DNA of 60,000 nucleotides from NCBI RefSeq assembly GCF_963921235.1, contig NC_086097.1:202804001-202864000 (forward strand). Reading direction: 5' to 3'. The DNA is from Mobula hypostoma (Eukaryota). Below are positions 13,122 through 25,410 of this stretch, one piece after another. The notes under the pieces are model-generated. The model had not been told where the DNA came from. It searched no databases and saw only the letters and a program-made list of their open reading frames with translations. Positions within the stretch are counted from its first letter, which is position 1; every line of letters begins with the position of its first letter. The position numbers were made by a program, and so were the translations under genes.

Positions 13122-13258
13122 TTTCTTCTTTCAGTTAGTCCTGATGAAGGGTCTCGGCCCGAAACATCGATTGTACCTCTTCCCATAGATGCTGCCTGGC
13201 CTGCTGTGTTCTACCAGCATTTTGTGTGTTGCTTGAATTTCCAGCGTCTGCAGATCAC
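13122..13258 (+). mobile_element. Penelope pLTR fragment with CpG-decayed hammerhead motif (13136-13173)
   Basis: tagtc-ctgatga-agggtctcggccc-gaaa-catc-gattg; homologous to 8862-8962. Confidence 0.8.
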
Positions 13259-15109
13259 CTGTATTGGCTTGCAGGAATAAGAAATGTTAAATTATTTCTC
13301 TGCGGAATAAATTATAATGCAACTTTAGCACAAGTTAGTGTAGGTTCCAATTCCATTTAATAATGTGCATAAATAGAACTATATACAATTGAACGAGAAG
13401 TCTCAGTGGTTTCCTGCTAAGGCTGTACTTTTTAAGGTATATTTTATGAAAGCCATTGGTAAAGGTGCTGATTATATTTGAAGATATACTTAACACCCAT
13501 CTCTGAGAATTAACACTGGTTTAAAAATTTTCCACACTATTGCTTAGAAGCCAAATTGTTGATAATATTGGTGACATTTTTGACCATAGTAATGTTAACC
13601 GGAAATAATTGATGGGGAAAGAGATAAAATATTTGAGACTATGGCTGAAAGCGTATGTAACTTTGGCAGATGCCATGGCTGGATTATGTAACAAGTCTGT
13701 CAATGTTCATACATGCAAAACTATATCAATGTCTGCATCTGACCTTTCTGCATTGTTTTTAATATACTTTGTGGTTACAAATGACGTGACTTATCTTGAA
13801 GCCTAATACTGCAGACCTTAGAAAAGTTAAGTAAGCACTTTGGTGCTTTCCATTCAAAAGATTAGTAGAGACTTAGCTTAAGCCACTATTCTATTGTTCT
13901 CCGTTAAACAAAATTTCAGTACATTCATTGATAGAAAAGATTTCAGATAAGGTATTTTTGTTTCAGAAAATTAAGACAGTGACAAGTACTTTATCAGTTA
14001 AAAGATTATAGCAAGACATGATTTTTTTTAATCTCAGATTTTCTTCCCCAATCCATGTATCTCAATATCTTATTTACCTGGAAAGACCCAAATTTCTAAT
14101 AGTGATTCTTGGAGAACACTTGCACAAACCTGTCTTTTTTTTTCCTAATGGAAGTGAATTCTATTGTCAGTGCATGTCGCTTTACCTGAGGACATCTAAA
14201 TTAGCATATATCTGGAAGTAAAGCTGCCAGCCTCTTACTCTGTAGATCTGTTATTAATTAGACAGCTTTACTGTTTGATGAAGAGAGCCATGACTTTATT
14301 TCTATATGTCTCAAAGAGAACAACTAGTTGATTGGTCATTTTAATGGGAGTAACTTCCAGCCTTGCACACGCGCACTGAAAAATGTGAATTTCTGGGGTT
14401 TTCTGATAACCTTGGTGTTGGTAAGAGGTGGGACCTGTCACTTGCTTGGCTGCTGAACTTCCCATGGAATCCAGTGTTGAAGCTCAGTTTGCATTCATTC
14501 CCACCTGGATACTACCACCTCCTCAGACCTGGTACATGAACTCATAACCCCTTCATATCATTGGCTTTCATGGGATATAGATTTATCATGCAAAGTTTAA
14601 TGAGACAGTTAGCTATTTAAATGTAGGCGTCTAAAATCAATGGAAATGACTTCAAATAACTACAACTATTCAAAATAAACTTGTTTGACAATGACCATTA
14701 AATGAGTTAACCTTTGCAGGTTGTTTTCTATTTTAGTGATCTTTTATCACTTTGAATTTTATTTCACAATACATTTCAATATTATTGTCAAAGATTCTGC
14801 ATATAACACCACTGGCTTCTCATAGATTAAAATTTACATTTGTGTAACCTTTAGGAATAAACACAATATTTAATAGAATGCAAGTCCATAACTCTCAGCA
14901 CTTCCAAATTCTGTTAGATGTTAGATAGACCAAATCCAACCCTTGATCTGTTACCCAGATAACTGACTTCAGCTCAAGTGCAATAACGTTACACCAGTTA
15001 ATCAAAGTGTCTTGAAATCTGTATCAAGGAACTAAATTAGGCAAGTAGACCACGAGAGGGCTAATTGCTGCTAAGGCCTCCCTGTACCTTGCCTGAAATC
15101 TCCCATGGA

Positions 15110-15230
15110 GGAAATATGAGACTGCAGATGCTGGAATTCAGAACACAAAGAAGATGATACTGGAGGAACTTAGTGGATCAGGCAGCTTCTGTAGAAGGAA
15201 ATGGATATCTGATGTTTCAGGTCAAGGCTG
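15110..15230 (-). mobile_element. Penelope pLTR fragment
   Basis: ctgcagatgctggaattcag..ctggaggaactt..ggcagc, homologous to 8730-8830. Confidence 0.6.
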
Positions 15231-15451
15231 AAACTGGAGGATTGAGAGTCTGGCCTGTTCAGCCATTCGTGTCCAGTGGTGAGTCTGCATATCAGAACAG
15301 ATTCAACTCAAATTGGCTTGATGAAATGTTACTTAAGGATATGTGCCCATTTAATTTCTGTGCTTTTCAATCTTATGACATAAACATAGGTGGAGGGGCA
15401 GATAGTGTTGAGGAAGCAGAGAGTTTGCAGATGGACTTGGACAGGTAAAGT

Positions 15452-16074
15452 CGGGAGGAGAAGATGGCAGCGCGCCTGCTTGTGTGCAGCTCTCTGGTGA
15501 AAAATGATGTCGTATCTGTTAAATAGGGGCAGTGGACAATTCTGATTTAATGGAGAATGGCCATGAAAGCACAGAGGAACATCTGGAGAAATTTCTGAAA
15601 CGCCCGTCCGCTGCTGTCGTTACTGTATGGTCGGGAATCTTTCGGAGGGTAGGCCTCAAAATCCCCGGCCTTGCCTGCTTTTGGCGACCGAGAAGGAGGT
15701 CAAATCGTTTGGACAGAGATGGCGCTCAGTACTCGGTGTCGGAGAGCTGATCAGAGCTCGAAGTTTTCGGATGACTCAGAGTCGGATTGTGGTCGGCATG
15801 GCAGGGAGAGTTTTTCTTCCTTCCCCCGTCTGCGTGAGATGTGGGACATTTGAGAGACTTTGAACTTTACTGTGCTCATGGATTTCTTCATCAAATTATG
15901 GTATTGTCACACTGTTTGTAACTATATGTTATAATTGTGGTTTTGTCAGTTTTTTCTGTCTTGGCTTGTCCTGTGTTTTGTGATATCACACCAGAGGAAA
16001 TAATATATCATTTCTTAAATGCATGCATTACTAAATGACAATAAAAAGAGGACTACGTGTCTTCATAATCATCA
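15452..16074 (+). mobile_element. Non-autonomous SINE-like retroelement
   Basis: Probable TSD taaagt (15446-15451 and 16075-16080); GC-rich head aagatggcagcgcg; tail aataaaaa..cataatcatca. Confidence 0.7.
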
Positions 16075-16456
16075 TAAAGTAGAAGAATGAGCAAAAAAGT
16101 GGCAATAGAGGGAAGTACATATGTGGTCATATATTTTTGTAGAAATAGTAAAGGTTTAGACTACTTTCTAAATGGGGAGTAAATTGAGAAATTAGAGGTA
16201 CAAAGGAACTTGGGAGTCCTTGTGCAGGATTCCCTAAAGGCTAGCTTACAGGTTGAGTCGGAAGTAAAGAAGGCAAAGCAATGTTAGCATTCATTTTAAG
16301 AAAACTAGAATATGAAAGCAAGCATGTAATCCTGAGACTTTGTAAACCAATGGTTAGTCAATATTTGATGTATTGTGAGCAGTTTTAGGCCCAATATCTA
16401 AGAATGGGTGTGCTGGCATTGGAGAGGGTCCGGAGGAGGTTTACCAGATTGAAAAG

Positions 16457-17045
16457 CTCAAAGTGAATTTATTATCAACATGCATATATGTTACCATACA
16501 GTACTGCAAAAGTCTTAAGCAGCCTAGGTTTTTTTCATATAGTTTCAGATGGTATGGCCTCCACAGAGCCCTGATTTCAACGTTGTTGAAGCTGTCTGAG
16601 CTTTCCTGGAGAGACAGAAGCAAGCGAGACAGTCGAGGTCTGCGGATCTGTGGCAAGTTCTCCAAGATGCTTGTGACAACCTGGCAGCTGTACAATGAGA
16701 ATTAATGTAGTTTGAAAGGAAAAGGACAGACACCAAATATGGATTGGACTTAGGTTTTTACTCTTTACTGCTCCTTATAGTAATTTTTTGATATTTAGAA
16801 ATACTAATTTCTGAAAGCATCTTTGCTTTACATATGCCCACGACTTTTGCACAGTACTATATACAACCTTATTTCCATGTGGACATTTGCAGTTGACCCC
16901 CCCCTCCCAAATCAGTGAATGAGTGTGCCAAAGACAACAAACTGCAAATACAAAAGAAAAATAAATAAACGAACAAACAAGCAAACAATAACTATCGAGG
17001 ACATGAGATGAAGAGTGCTTGAAAGTGAACCTGTAGGCTGTGAAC
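16457..17045 (-). mobile_element. Rex-type 3' tail fragment
   Basis: Homologous to 40408-40680 (tttattat..caccatatacaacc..aagagtccttgaaagt). Confidence 0.6.
16499..16859. mobile_element. Tc1/mariner-type MITE
   Basis: TIRs cagtactgcaaaagtc / gacttttgcacagtacta, TA on both flanks; second copy at 45145-45471. Confidence 0.75.
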
Positions 17046-17549
17046 ATATGGAGAATGTTTGATGGCTCTGTGTCTTTACTCATTGGAAGAATCTCATTGA
17101 GTTACTGAATATTGAAAGGCTTAGATATAATGGATGTGGAGAGGATGTTTCAAATTGTAGGGGATTCTAGGACCAGAGGGCACGACCTCAGAATAAACGG
17201 ATGCCATTTAGAACATAGATGAAGAAGAATTTCCTTAGTCAGAGGGTGGTGAACCTGTGACATTCATTGCCACAGGCGGCTGTGGATGCCAGGTCATTAT
17301 GTATACATAAGGCAGAAATTTCTTGATTAGTAAGGGTGTTGAATATTGCTTGGCGAAGGCAGTAAAATAGGATTGATTGCAAAAATAAATCAGCCAGTGG
17401 CAGAGCAGCCTTGATGGGCTGAGTGGTCTAATTTATTCCTTTGTCTCATGATCTCATCTAGAGGTGACCTAATTAACCTGCATCGTTACTTTTAGTAATA
17501 TTTGCTTTTGCACATCCAGATGTTTGTTCTGGCTAAAACACATTTTTGC

Positions 17550-17758
17550 AGAAGGTTGGAGGAGCAGCACCTCGTATTCTATCTAGCTAGCCTGATGGCA
17601 TGAACATCAGTTTCTCCAACTTCCATTATTTTTCCCCCACCCCCTTCCTTCTTCTTCATTTCCTCACTCTGGTCTCTTACCTCTTCTCACCTGCTTATCG
17701 CTCCACACTGGTGTCCCCTCCTCCATGTTTCACTCTCCTCTCCAATCAGATTCCTTCT
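17550..17758 (+). mobile_element. Penelope-like element, GIY-YIG C-terminal region (5' half of a split copy)
   Basis: Reads RLEEQHLVFYLAS..PDGMNISFSNF followed by a pyrimidine tract. Confidence 0.7.
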
Positions 17759-19670
17759 GGATGTTTGGAAAGCTTTTAAATCCACAAAAGGCAACTAAAA
17801 AACACTATAAGAAGGGATAAAACAAAATATGAGGGCAGACTAGCCAATACTGTAAAGCAGGATACCAAAAGTTTTTATTTCAGTTATATAAAGAGTAAAA
17901 GGGAGGCACGAGTTGATATTGGACCACTGGAAAATGATGATGCTGAGGCAGCAATGGGGGACAAAGAAATGACAGATAAACTTAATGGGTACTTTGCATC
18001 TGTCTTCACTGCAGAAGATGCTAGTAGTGTGCCAGAGGTCCACGAGTGTCAGGGAGCAGGTGTGAGTGGCATTGCTACTACAAAGGAAAAAGTGCAAGGC
18101 AAACTGAAAGGTCTTAAGCTGGATAAGTCACCTGGACCAGATACACTGCATCCCAGAGTCCTGAGAGAAGTTGCTGCAGAGATAACAGATGCATTGGTCA
18201 TGATCTTTCAAGAATCATTTGATTCTGGCATGGTCTCGGAGGACTGGATGATTGCAAATGTCACTCTACTCTTTAAAAAGGGAGGAAGTCTAAAGAAAGG
18301 AAATTATAGGCCTGTTAGCCTAATCTCGGTGATGGGAAAGTGTTGGGGTCTATTATTAAGGATGAGCTTTTGGGGTACTTGGAGACTAATGATAAAATAA
18401 GTTAAATTCAGCATGATTTCTGTGAAGGGAAATCTTACCTGACAAATCTGTTAGAGTTCTTCGAGGAAGTAACTAGCAGGGTGGACAAAGGAGAGGCAGT
18501 GGATGTCATTTACTTGGATTTTCAGAAGGTTTTTGATAAGGTGCCACAAGTGAGGCTGCTTAACAAGATAAAATCCTATGGCGTCACAGGAAAGATACTG
18601 GTATGGATAGAGGAATGGCTGACAGGCAAGAGATAGTGAGTGAGAAGAAAAGGGACCTTTTCTGGTTGTTTGCTGGTGACTAGTGGTGTTGCTCAGGCGT
18701 CAGAATAGGAACCACTACTTCTCACATTGTTTATCAGTGATTTAGATAATACAATTGATGGCTTTGTGGCAATGTTTGTAGATGATACAAAGATAGGTGG
18801 AGGAAGCAATGTGATTGCAGCAGGAGTAAGAATGGGCAAAAAAGTGGCAGATGTAATACAGTGTTCAGAAATGTATGATAATGCAATTTGGTAAAAGGAA
18901 CAATAGTGCGGACTATTATCTAAATGAGGGGAAGGTTCAAACATCAGAAGTGCAGAGGGACTTTGGAGTCCTCGTGCAGGACTCCCGGAACGTTAATTTA
19001 CAGGTTGAGTCTGTGGTAAAGAACACAACTGCAATGTTGGCATTTATTTCAAGGGGAATAGAATATAAAAGCAGGGAGATAATGCTGAGCCTTTATGAGA
19101 CACTAGTCAGGCTGCATTTGGAGTGTTGTCAACAGATTTGGCCCCCATATCTCAGAAAGGATGTGTTGTCATTGGAGAAAGTCCAGAGGAGGTTCACAAG
19201 GATGAATCTGGGAATGAAGGTGTTAACATATGAGGAGTGTTTGGCAGCTTTGGGCCTGTGCTCACTGGAATTTAGAAGAATGCGGGGAGATCTCATTGAA
19301 ACCCACTGAATGTTGAAGGGACTGGATAGGGTGGATGTGGAGAGGCTGTTTCCTCTGGTGGGGGTATCCAGAACTAGAGGGCACAGCCTCAAAATTGAGG
19401 GGGCAACCTTTCAGAACAGAGGTAAGGAGGAATGTTTTTAGTCAGAGATAGTGTATCTGTGGAATGCTCTGCCACAGACTGTGGTGGAGGCCAAGTCCGT
19501 GAGTATATTTAAGGCGGAAGTTGGTTGTTTCCTGATTGGTCAGATCATCAAAGGATATGGCGAGAAGGCTGATGTGTGGGGTTGAGTGGAATCCGGGATC
19601 GGCCACGATGGAATGACGGAGCAGACTCAATGGGCTGAATGGCCTATTTCTCCTCCAATATCTTATGGTC
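17759..19670 (+). mobile_element. CR1 LINE, 5'-truncated ORF2 and 3'UTR
   Basis: [38 protein letters not shown]; 3' end ggctgaatggcctatttc. Confidence 0.92.
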
Positions 19671-19717
19671 AACAAATGCTTTCTGAAACAATATTCCAGT
19701 GGTATCAAACCTGATTT

Positions 19718-19965
19718 TGCTTCTTCTCCAGCCTTTTGCATTTATCACTTATCATCTCCCAGCTTCTTACTCTGTCCTCTCTCCCCCAGCCACCTGGCTT
19801 CACCTATCAGCTTCTAGCATGTCTTCCTCCACCTCCCCCACCTTTTTAACCTGGGATTTTCTCCTTCCTTTCCAATCCTGATGAAGAGTCTCAGCTTGAA
19901 ACCTCGACTGTTTATTTTGTGTGTGTTGCTCTGGATTTCAAGCATCTGCAGGATCTCTTGTGTTT
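19718..19965 (+). mobile_element. Penelope 3' half with degenerate hammerhead motif (19873-19910)
   Basis: caatc-ctgatga-agagtctcagctt-gaaa-cctc-gactg, then gcatctgcag. Confidence 0.7.
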
Positions 19966-21049
19966 ATCACTTAAATTAACGTTCACTTGATAGTAATATA
20001 GAGGATTTCAAAATAGACTTTATTAATTATATTGTGGTCTTACTACTAACATGACCTCTGGTGCAGTCTGTCTAGTTTGTATGCTCTTTCTGTGACCACA
20101 TAGGTTTTGTTTGGGTGTTCCGGTTTCCTCCCCTGGGTTAGCAGGTTAAAAGGCTGCTCTGAGTCTATTGATAGAGAGTCATAAAGCACTACAGCACAGA
20201 AACAGGCCCTTCAGCCCATCTATTCTAGTCTGGACTGTTATTCTGCCTTGTCTGATTGATTTGCACCTGGACCAGAGCCCTCCATACTCCTCCCACCCAG
20301 TACTTATACAAAACTCATTTAAGTGTTGCAATCAAATCCACGTGCACAACTTCTGCTGGCTGCTCATTCCACACTCCTACCATACTGAGTGGAGAAATTT
20401 CTCCACTCAGTTTCACCTTAAATATTTTACCTTTCACCCTTAACGTATGACCTTTAGTTGTAGTCTCACCCAGCCTGCTTGCATATACCCTGTCTATATC
20501 CCTCATAATTTCATGTACGTCTATCAAATCTTCCCTCATTCTCCTACACTCCAGGTAATAAAGTACAAAACTATTCAACCTTTCTCCAATAACAGAGGTC
20601 TTCAAGCTCTGGCAGCGTACATTTAAAATTTCTCGACTCTTTCAATCTTAGTGATATCTTTCCTGCAGAGGTAGGTGATCAGAACTGCACACAATAATCC
20701 ATATTTGGCCGAAGCAACATCTTGGACAACTTCAATATAACATCCCAACTCCTGTAGTTAGTACTCTGGGTTATGAAGGCCAATGTGCCAAAAGCTCTCT
20801 TTACAACCCTCTCTACCTGAGACGCCATTTTCAGGGGATTATAAACTTGTATTCCCAGATCCTTTTGTATTATCGCACTCCTTAGTGCCCTACTCTTCAC
20901 TACCTGGTTTATCCTCTCAAAGTGTAACACCTCACACTTGTTTACATTAAATTCCATCTGCCATTTGTCCATCTGGTCCAGTTCTGCTGCAAGTGTTGAT
21001 ATCCTTCCTCGGCTGTCCATTAGGCCTCCAGTTTTGGTGTCAACATAGT

Positions 21050-22615
21050 GACTAATGGCGACATCTTGTAGACAGCTTTACAAAACTACTGGATACTCTT
21101 CTTCTAAATATACTACTTCTTCTTCAGAAGTATATTGGAAAGAAGAAGAGATCCATTACAGCCTGTAAATTCTATTTTTAAAATATTGTTTTGGGCTGAC
21201 TGAATGATCTGGTGCTTTCCCAATCTCCTGGGTTATTTGGCGTGGAGTACAGCTATGGCCATCACTGGGGGTGTATGGAGCTTCGATTCTTAATGGCGGA
21301 ACACAAACCCGAAGTCAGCTCCATTACTCCGCGCCGACAAAAGTGTCGAGCAAGATTAAAATAGATGAGGACGAGAGCAGAAAACGAACAGTACCACCGG
21401 CCTACATTTGACTGGTCTCCTCTTGCTACTGCAGGCGGAGGGCGCAGGTGTCTTGGACCCCACACTGCAAGGTTTGATCGCCTCGGAGGCTCGTAGCTGT
21501 ATCCTTGCTTCCAGCTATGCTTTGATGTTTAATGTCCTCGACGCAAAATACATTCTACTATCTGTGCGATTTAATCGAGACACTGTGGCGTGGTACTGGA
21601 TCTGCGTCTGTGGTCGTGGCCATCAGCTCCTGGACCGGCTTCATTCAACACAGTGGCTCTTGGCTGTGACACACTTTTGGGAATTCTGCGGTTTGATGAT
21701 TAATGTTCTGTGTGCTATTTGTTTGCTTTTTGTTGTTTGCATGATTTGTTCTTTTTTTCACATGTTTCATGATCTTGTTGTGTGGGATTTTCTTTAAATG
21801 GCTTCTATGGTGTTTTTTTGTGTAACGCTGTGGTTCACATTTTTACTACTATGCTGTAGGTATTTCATTTTAGCAGTTCTGTCTATTCTGCTTTCAGCCT
21901 GTTTGGGGCACCATTGAAGTTAAGGGATGCTTAGGACTATGTATCATCCAACTAGTATAGTGGATCTGGGAGAAGGTTCCAGAGAATGGGGAGGTGGGGG
22001 AGAGAGAGGTTTTGTCAGGGACACCAAGGTTGGTCTTGGTCTTTGTTCAGTGGGAGATGAAGAGAGAAGATGCTGGAGAGAATTAGTTGTAGGATTTGAT
22101 CTGACACATGCAACATGATTCGACGGAGCCAAGGTGTGGACGTCTACAAAGGATCAGTGAATATGGCTTTTGGAAGATTTGAGCTCCAATTTGTGCACAT
22201 TTGACTGTTTATGTATACTGGGCCCTTTTTGTACAAAAGTCTTTGTCTTTACTCACTCTTTGGTTAAGTTAACGTTCACAGATAAACTTCTTTATAATTG
22301 TATGCAGTGTGCAATCTGTTATTTCATGCTGACGGGCTATTGCTGGGCAGTAAATCACCCAAACCAGGGCTTGGGTGGGCAAGGCATCCCAAACCCATGG
22401 ATTTGGCAGGACCAAAGTCATATACACCCTAGACGTACAAAGCCTGAGAAAGGTGGGTTTGTGCCATGGAATCCAGTGGTGGCTTAGTGAGGGGCTAACA
22501 GGCCACATTTCCAGGGAGGCGCCTTGTAAAAGTGGCTACCTACAAGAAGACAAATCGCAAGGATATATACTGTATACATACTTTGAAGATAAATGTACGT
22601 TGAACTTTGAAATTT
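21050..22615 (+). mobile_element. Non-autonomous SINE-like element with Rex-type tail, interrupted by an LTR-like sequence
   Basis: Head aatggcgac; tail gtggctacctacaagaagacaaatc...ttgaactttgaa. Confidence 0.5.
21821..22500 (+). mobile_element. Solo LTR-like sequence
   Basis: TGTAAC...GGGGCTAACA termini, ~680 bp, splits the host tail; no clean TSD. Confidence 0.45.
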
Positions 22616-22619
22616 TCAA

Positions 22620-22950
22620 ATCAAGTCATCACTTTTATTTCATTTCAACCATAACTGCTGGTACAGTACACAGTAAAAACGAAACAACGATCCTCCAGGA
22701 CCATGGTGCTACATGAAACAACACAAAACTACACTCGACTTCAGGCCTACACGGGACTACATAAAATGCACCAAACAGTGCAAGACAGTACAATAATTAA
22801 TAAACAAGACAATAGGCACAGTAAAGGACAAATTACAATATAATAATGTAAATGTCAATGTAAACAATGTTTTAGCAGGAATTGAGAAAGAAATGAGCAA
22901 AAATTGCAAGGGAGTGGAGTGATGTTCAGTTGAGTGTGTGTGTGTAGGCT
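22620..22950 (-). mobile_element. SINE/LINE 3' tail fragment
   Basis: tcaagtcatcacttttatt tail on the minus strand. Confidence 0.45.
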
Positions 22951-23190
22951 GATTCAGTTGACCACATTATCATCAAAGTCATTAATATAGTTGACAAACA
23001 ACAATGGTCGCTGCTCTGATCTGTGCAACACACCCTTAGTCTCCAGTCAAAGGCAACCATCTACTACCACTCTTTTGCTTTTCCTGCTAAGCCAATGTTG
23101 AATCCAGTCTACTACTTTATCTTGAATGCTGAGCAACTGTACCTTCTGGACCAGTCTCCCATGTGGCACTCTGTGGCATACAGTGTACAG

Positions 23191-24717
23191 TAGTGGTCAC
23201 CAACCTTTTTAAGCCCAAGATCCCTTACCTCGACCTTAGTGAAAGGCAAGATCTACCTACTAAATTGTTTAGAGAGAAAACAGCTCAGATTGTACTTCCA
23301 ATTTGAGGCCTTTTATTTGGGCGAATTGTATTTGAATTACACAAAATACTTTTGTCAAACTTTCAAATTAATTCAAACAAGAAAACACTGTAACTAGCAT
23401 ATCAAACAGGCCATAGCTGTCTTTCTTTAAGAATATTACAATATTTCACACCTTTAATATTTAAGTTTCATTATTTAATTTTATTTCAACACGAAAAATA
23501 AATGAATAAAAATTGACTGTTGCACTCAGTGTGATCACTGGGGCTGAATACTTTCTGCTAGTTCCCTGAAATTTGGTTCATAACTACAGACAGCTAGTCT
23601 GATACAGCCTGTGAGGTGTCTGTCAGTAAGACAGCTCCTGTACTTAGATATAATAATTTTCATCTGTGAAAATGCAATTTCGCATAGATAAGTTGACCCG
23701 AAGTAGGTACTGACTTTTAGTGCTATAAAACCAACGCGCACACCACACATTGCTCGGCCCCATCAGTAGTAATTGCCACCAGTTTATGAATGGGGTTGTC
23801 ATTTTCACTGACATATTTTTAAAACTCATTGTAAATATCCTCACCTCTCGTTCTCTCCTTTAATTGCAAAAGAGTGAGCAAGTCCTCCTTTGTTGTAAAA
23901 TCCTGGAAAGCCATACTGACATACAACAAGCTGAGCTGTTTACATTATATCCAAGGATCCATCAAACTGTAGTGAAAAATATTCACGGAATGACAAGTCA
24001 ATCCACGAACTCTGACAGTGATTCTACCCTCCTTGTCACTGTTGCAGGGCCAAGCAGTATATTATGTATTGCGGTTGTGATGTCGTTTTTGTTTTTAAAG
24101 TCATTAAAAACAGTTTCTGCCGTAATGGCCATTGCTTCCTTAAATAAATCGCCATCTGTAAAAGGCTTCTTGTGTTTAGCCAAAAGGTGACTTACACGAA
24201 GTGATGCTTCAATAGCAGCCTTATTTTGAGCAGCATGTTTTGTGGAAAACGATTGCTGGGCCTTCAACCCAGAGTTCAGCTCCTCATCTTTCCTGGCATG
24301 AATTGCGCTCTTTGGGGGCAGATGTCTTTAAATTTCTGGTGGTTGGTGTTGTGGTGCCGCTCCAGATTCCTTCTTTTAGTCAGTGCTTGCGTTTGGTACA
24401 CAACATATATACACACTTGTCTTTCACCAAAGTAAATAGAAATTCCTCTTCCCATTCTGGATGGAATTTTGTACGTTTTCGCCTTCTTTCGTGGAGCCTC
24501 CGCCATGCTAGCAAGGATATCACGAGCGAGTGCCATATATTGATGTTTGCAACAGTCTGTACTCTTATCTAATCTAATTGGTCACTTTGATGCAGCACAA
24601 GCTACGCTGAAAACGCGTTGCATGGTGGGGGAGCTACACACATGCGCACTGGGCAGAAAGAACGGAACTAAAACCCCACAACCCGGAAACAATCTCTCTT
24701 TACAAATAGCTTTACTG
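23191..24717 (-). mobile_element. hAT (Charlie/Buster-like) DNA transposon, internally deleted
   Basis: Terminal tagtggtcaccaacctttt; ORFs with BED-like NLERHHNTNH, LAKHKKPFTDG..TVTRRV and dimerisation motif FGSTYLCEIAFSQMK..RSCLTD. Confidence 0.85.
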
Positions 24718-25410
24718 TCTCTACCCCCACGACTGTGGCTAGGCACAGCTCTGACACCATCTGTAAATTTGCCGATGACACAACCATTATTGGCAGAATT
24801 TCAGATGGTGACAAGGAAACTTACAAGAGTGAGATAAATCATCTGGTTGAGTAGTGCTGCACTCAGTGTCAGTAAGGCCAAATGATCGTGAACTTCAGGA
24901 AGGGGAAGTTGAGGGAACACACACCAATCCTCATCGAGGGATCAGCAGTGGAATGGGTGAACGGTTTTAGGTTCTTGGGTGTGAACATCTCTGAAGATCT
25001 ATCCTGGGCCCAACAGATTAATACAGTTACAAAGAATGGACAACAGCAGCTGTATTTCTTTAGGAGAATTGGTATGTCACCAAAGACTCGCAAATTTCTA
25101 CAGATGTACTGTGAAGAGCATTCTAACTGGTTGCATCACCATCTGGTATGGAGGGACCATTACACAGGATTGGAAAAGGCTGTAGAAAGTTGGAATCTCA
25201 ACCAGTTCCTTCATGGGCACTAGTCTCCCCAGCATCAGGACATCTTCAAAAGGTGATTCCTCAAAAAGGCGGAATCCATCAATAAGGACCCCCATCACAT
25301 AGGGCATGCCTCTTCTCAGTGCTACCATCAAGGAGAAGATACAGGAACCTGAAGACAAACATTCAACATTTAAGGAACAGCCTATTCCCTTTCTGAGTGT
25401 ACAATGAACA
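24718..25410 (+). mobile_element. Rex1/Babar-like LINE RT 3' part
   Basis: KFADDTT, MIVNFRK, FRFLGVNISEDLSW. Confidence 0.85.

Larger units (their letters stand above)
15383..17455 (+). mobile_element. CR1 LINE 3' part hosting nested insertions
   Basis: IGGGADSVEEAESLQMDLDR at 15390-15445 resumes at 16081, and again at ~17045, up to the CR1 3' end. Confidence 0.85.
20169..23170 (-). mobile_element. CR1 LINE 3' part, interrupted at ~21044-22950
   Basis: ORFs KWQMEFNVNKCEVLHF and RRMREDLI; RT resumes at 22952-23170. Confidence 0.8.
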
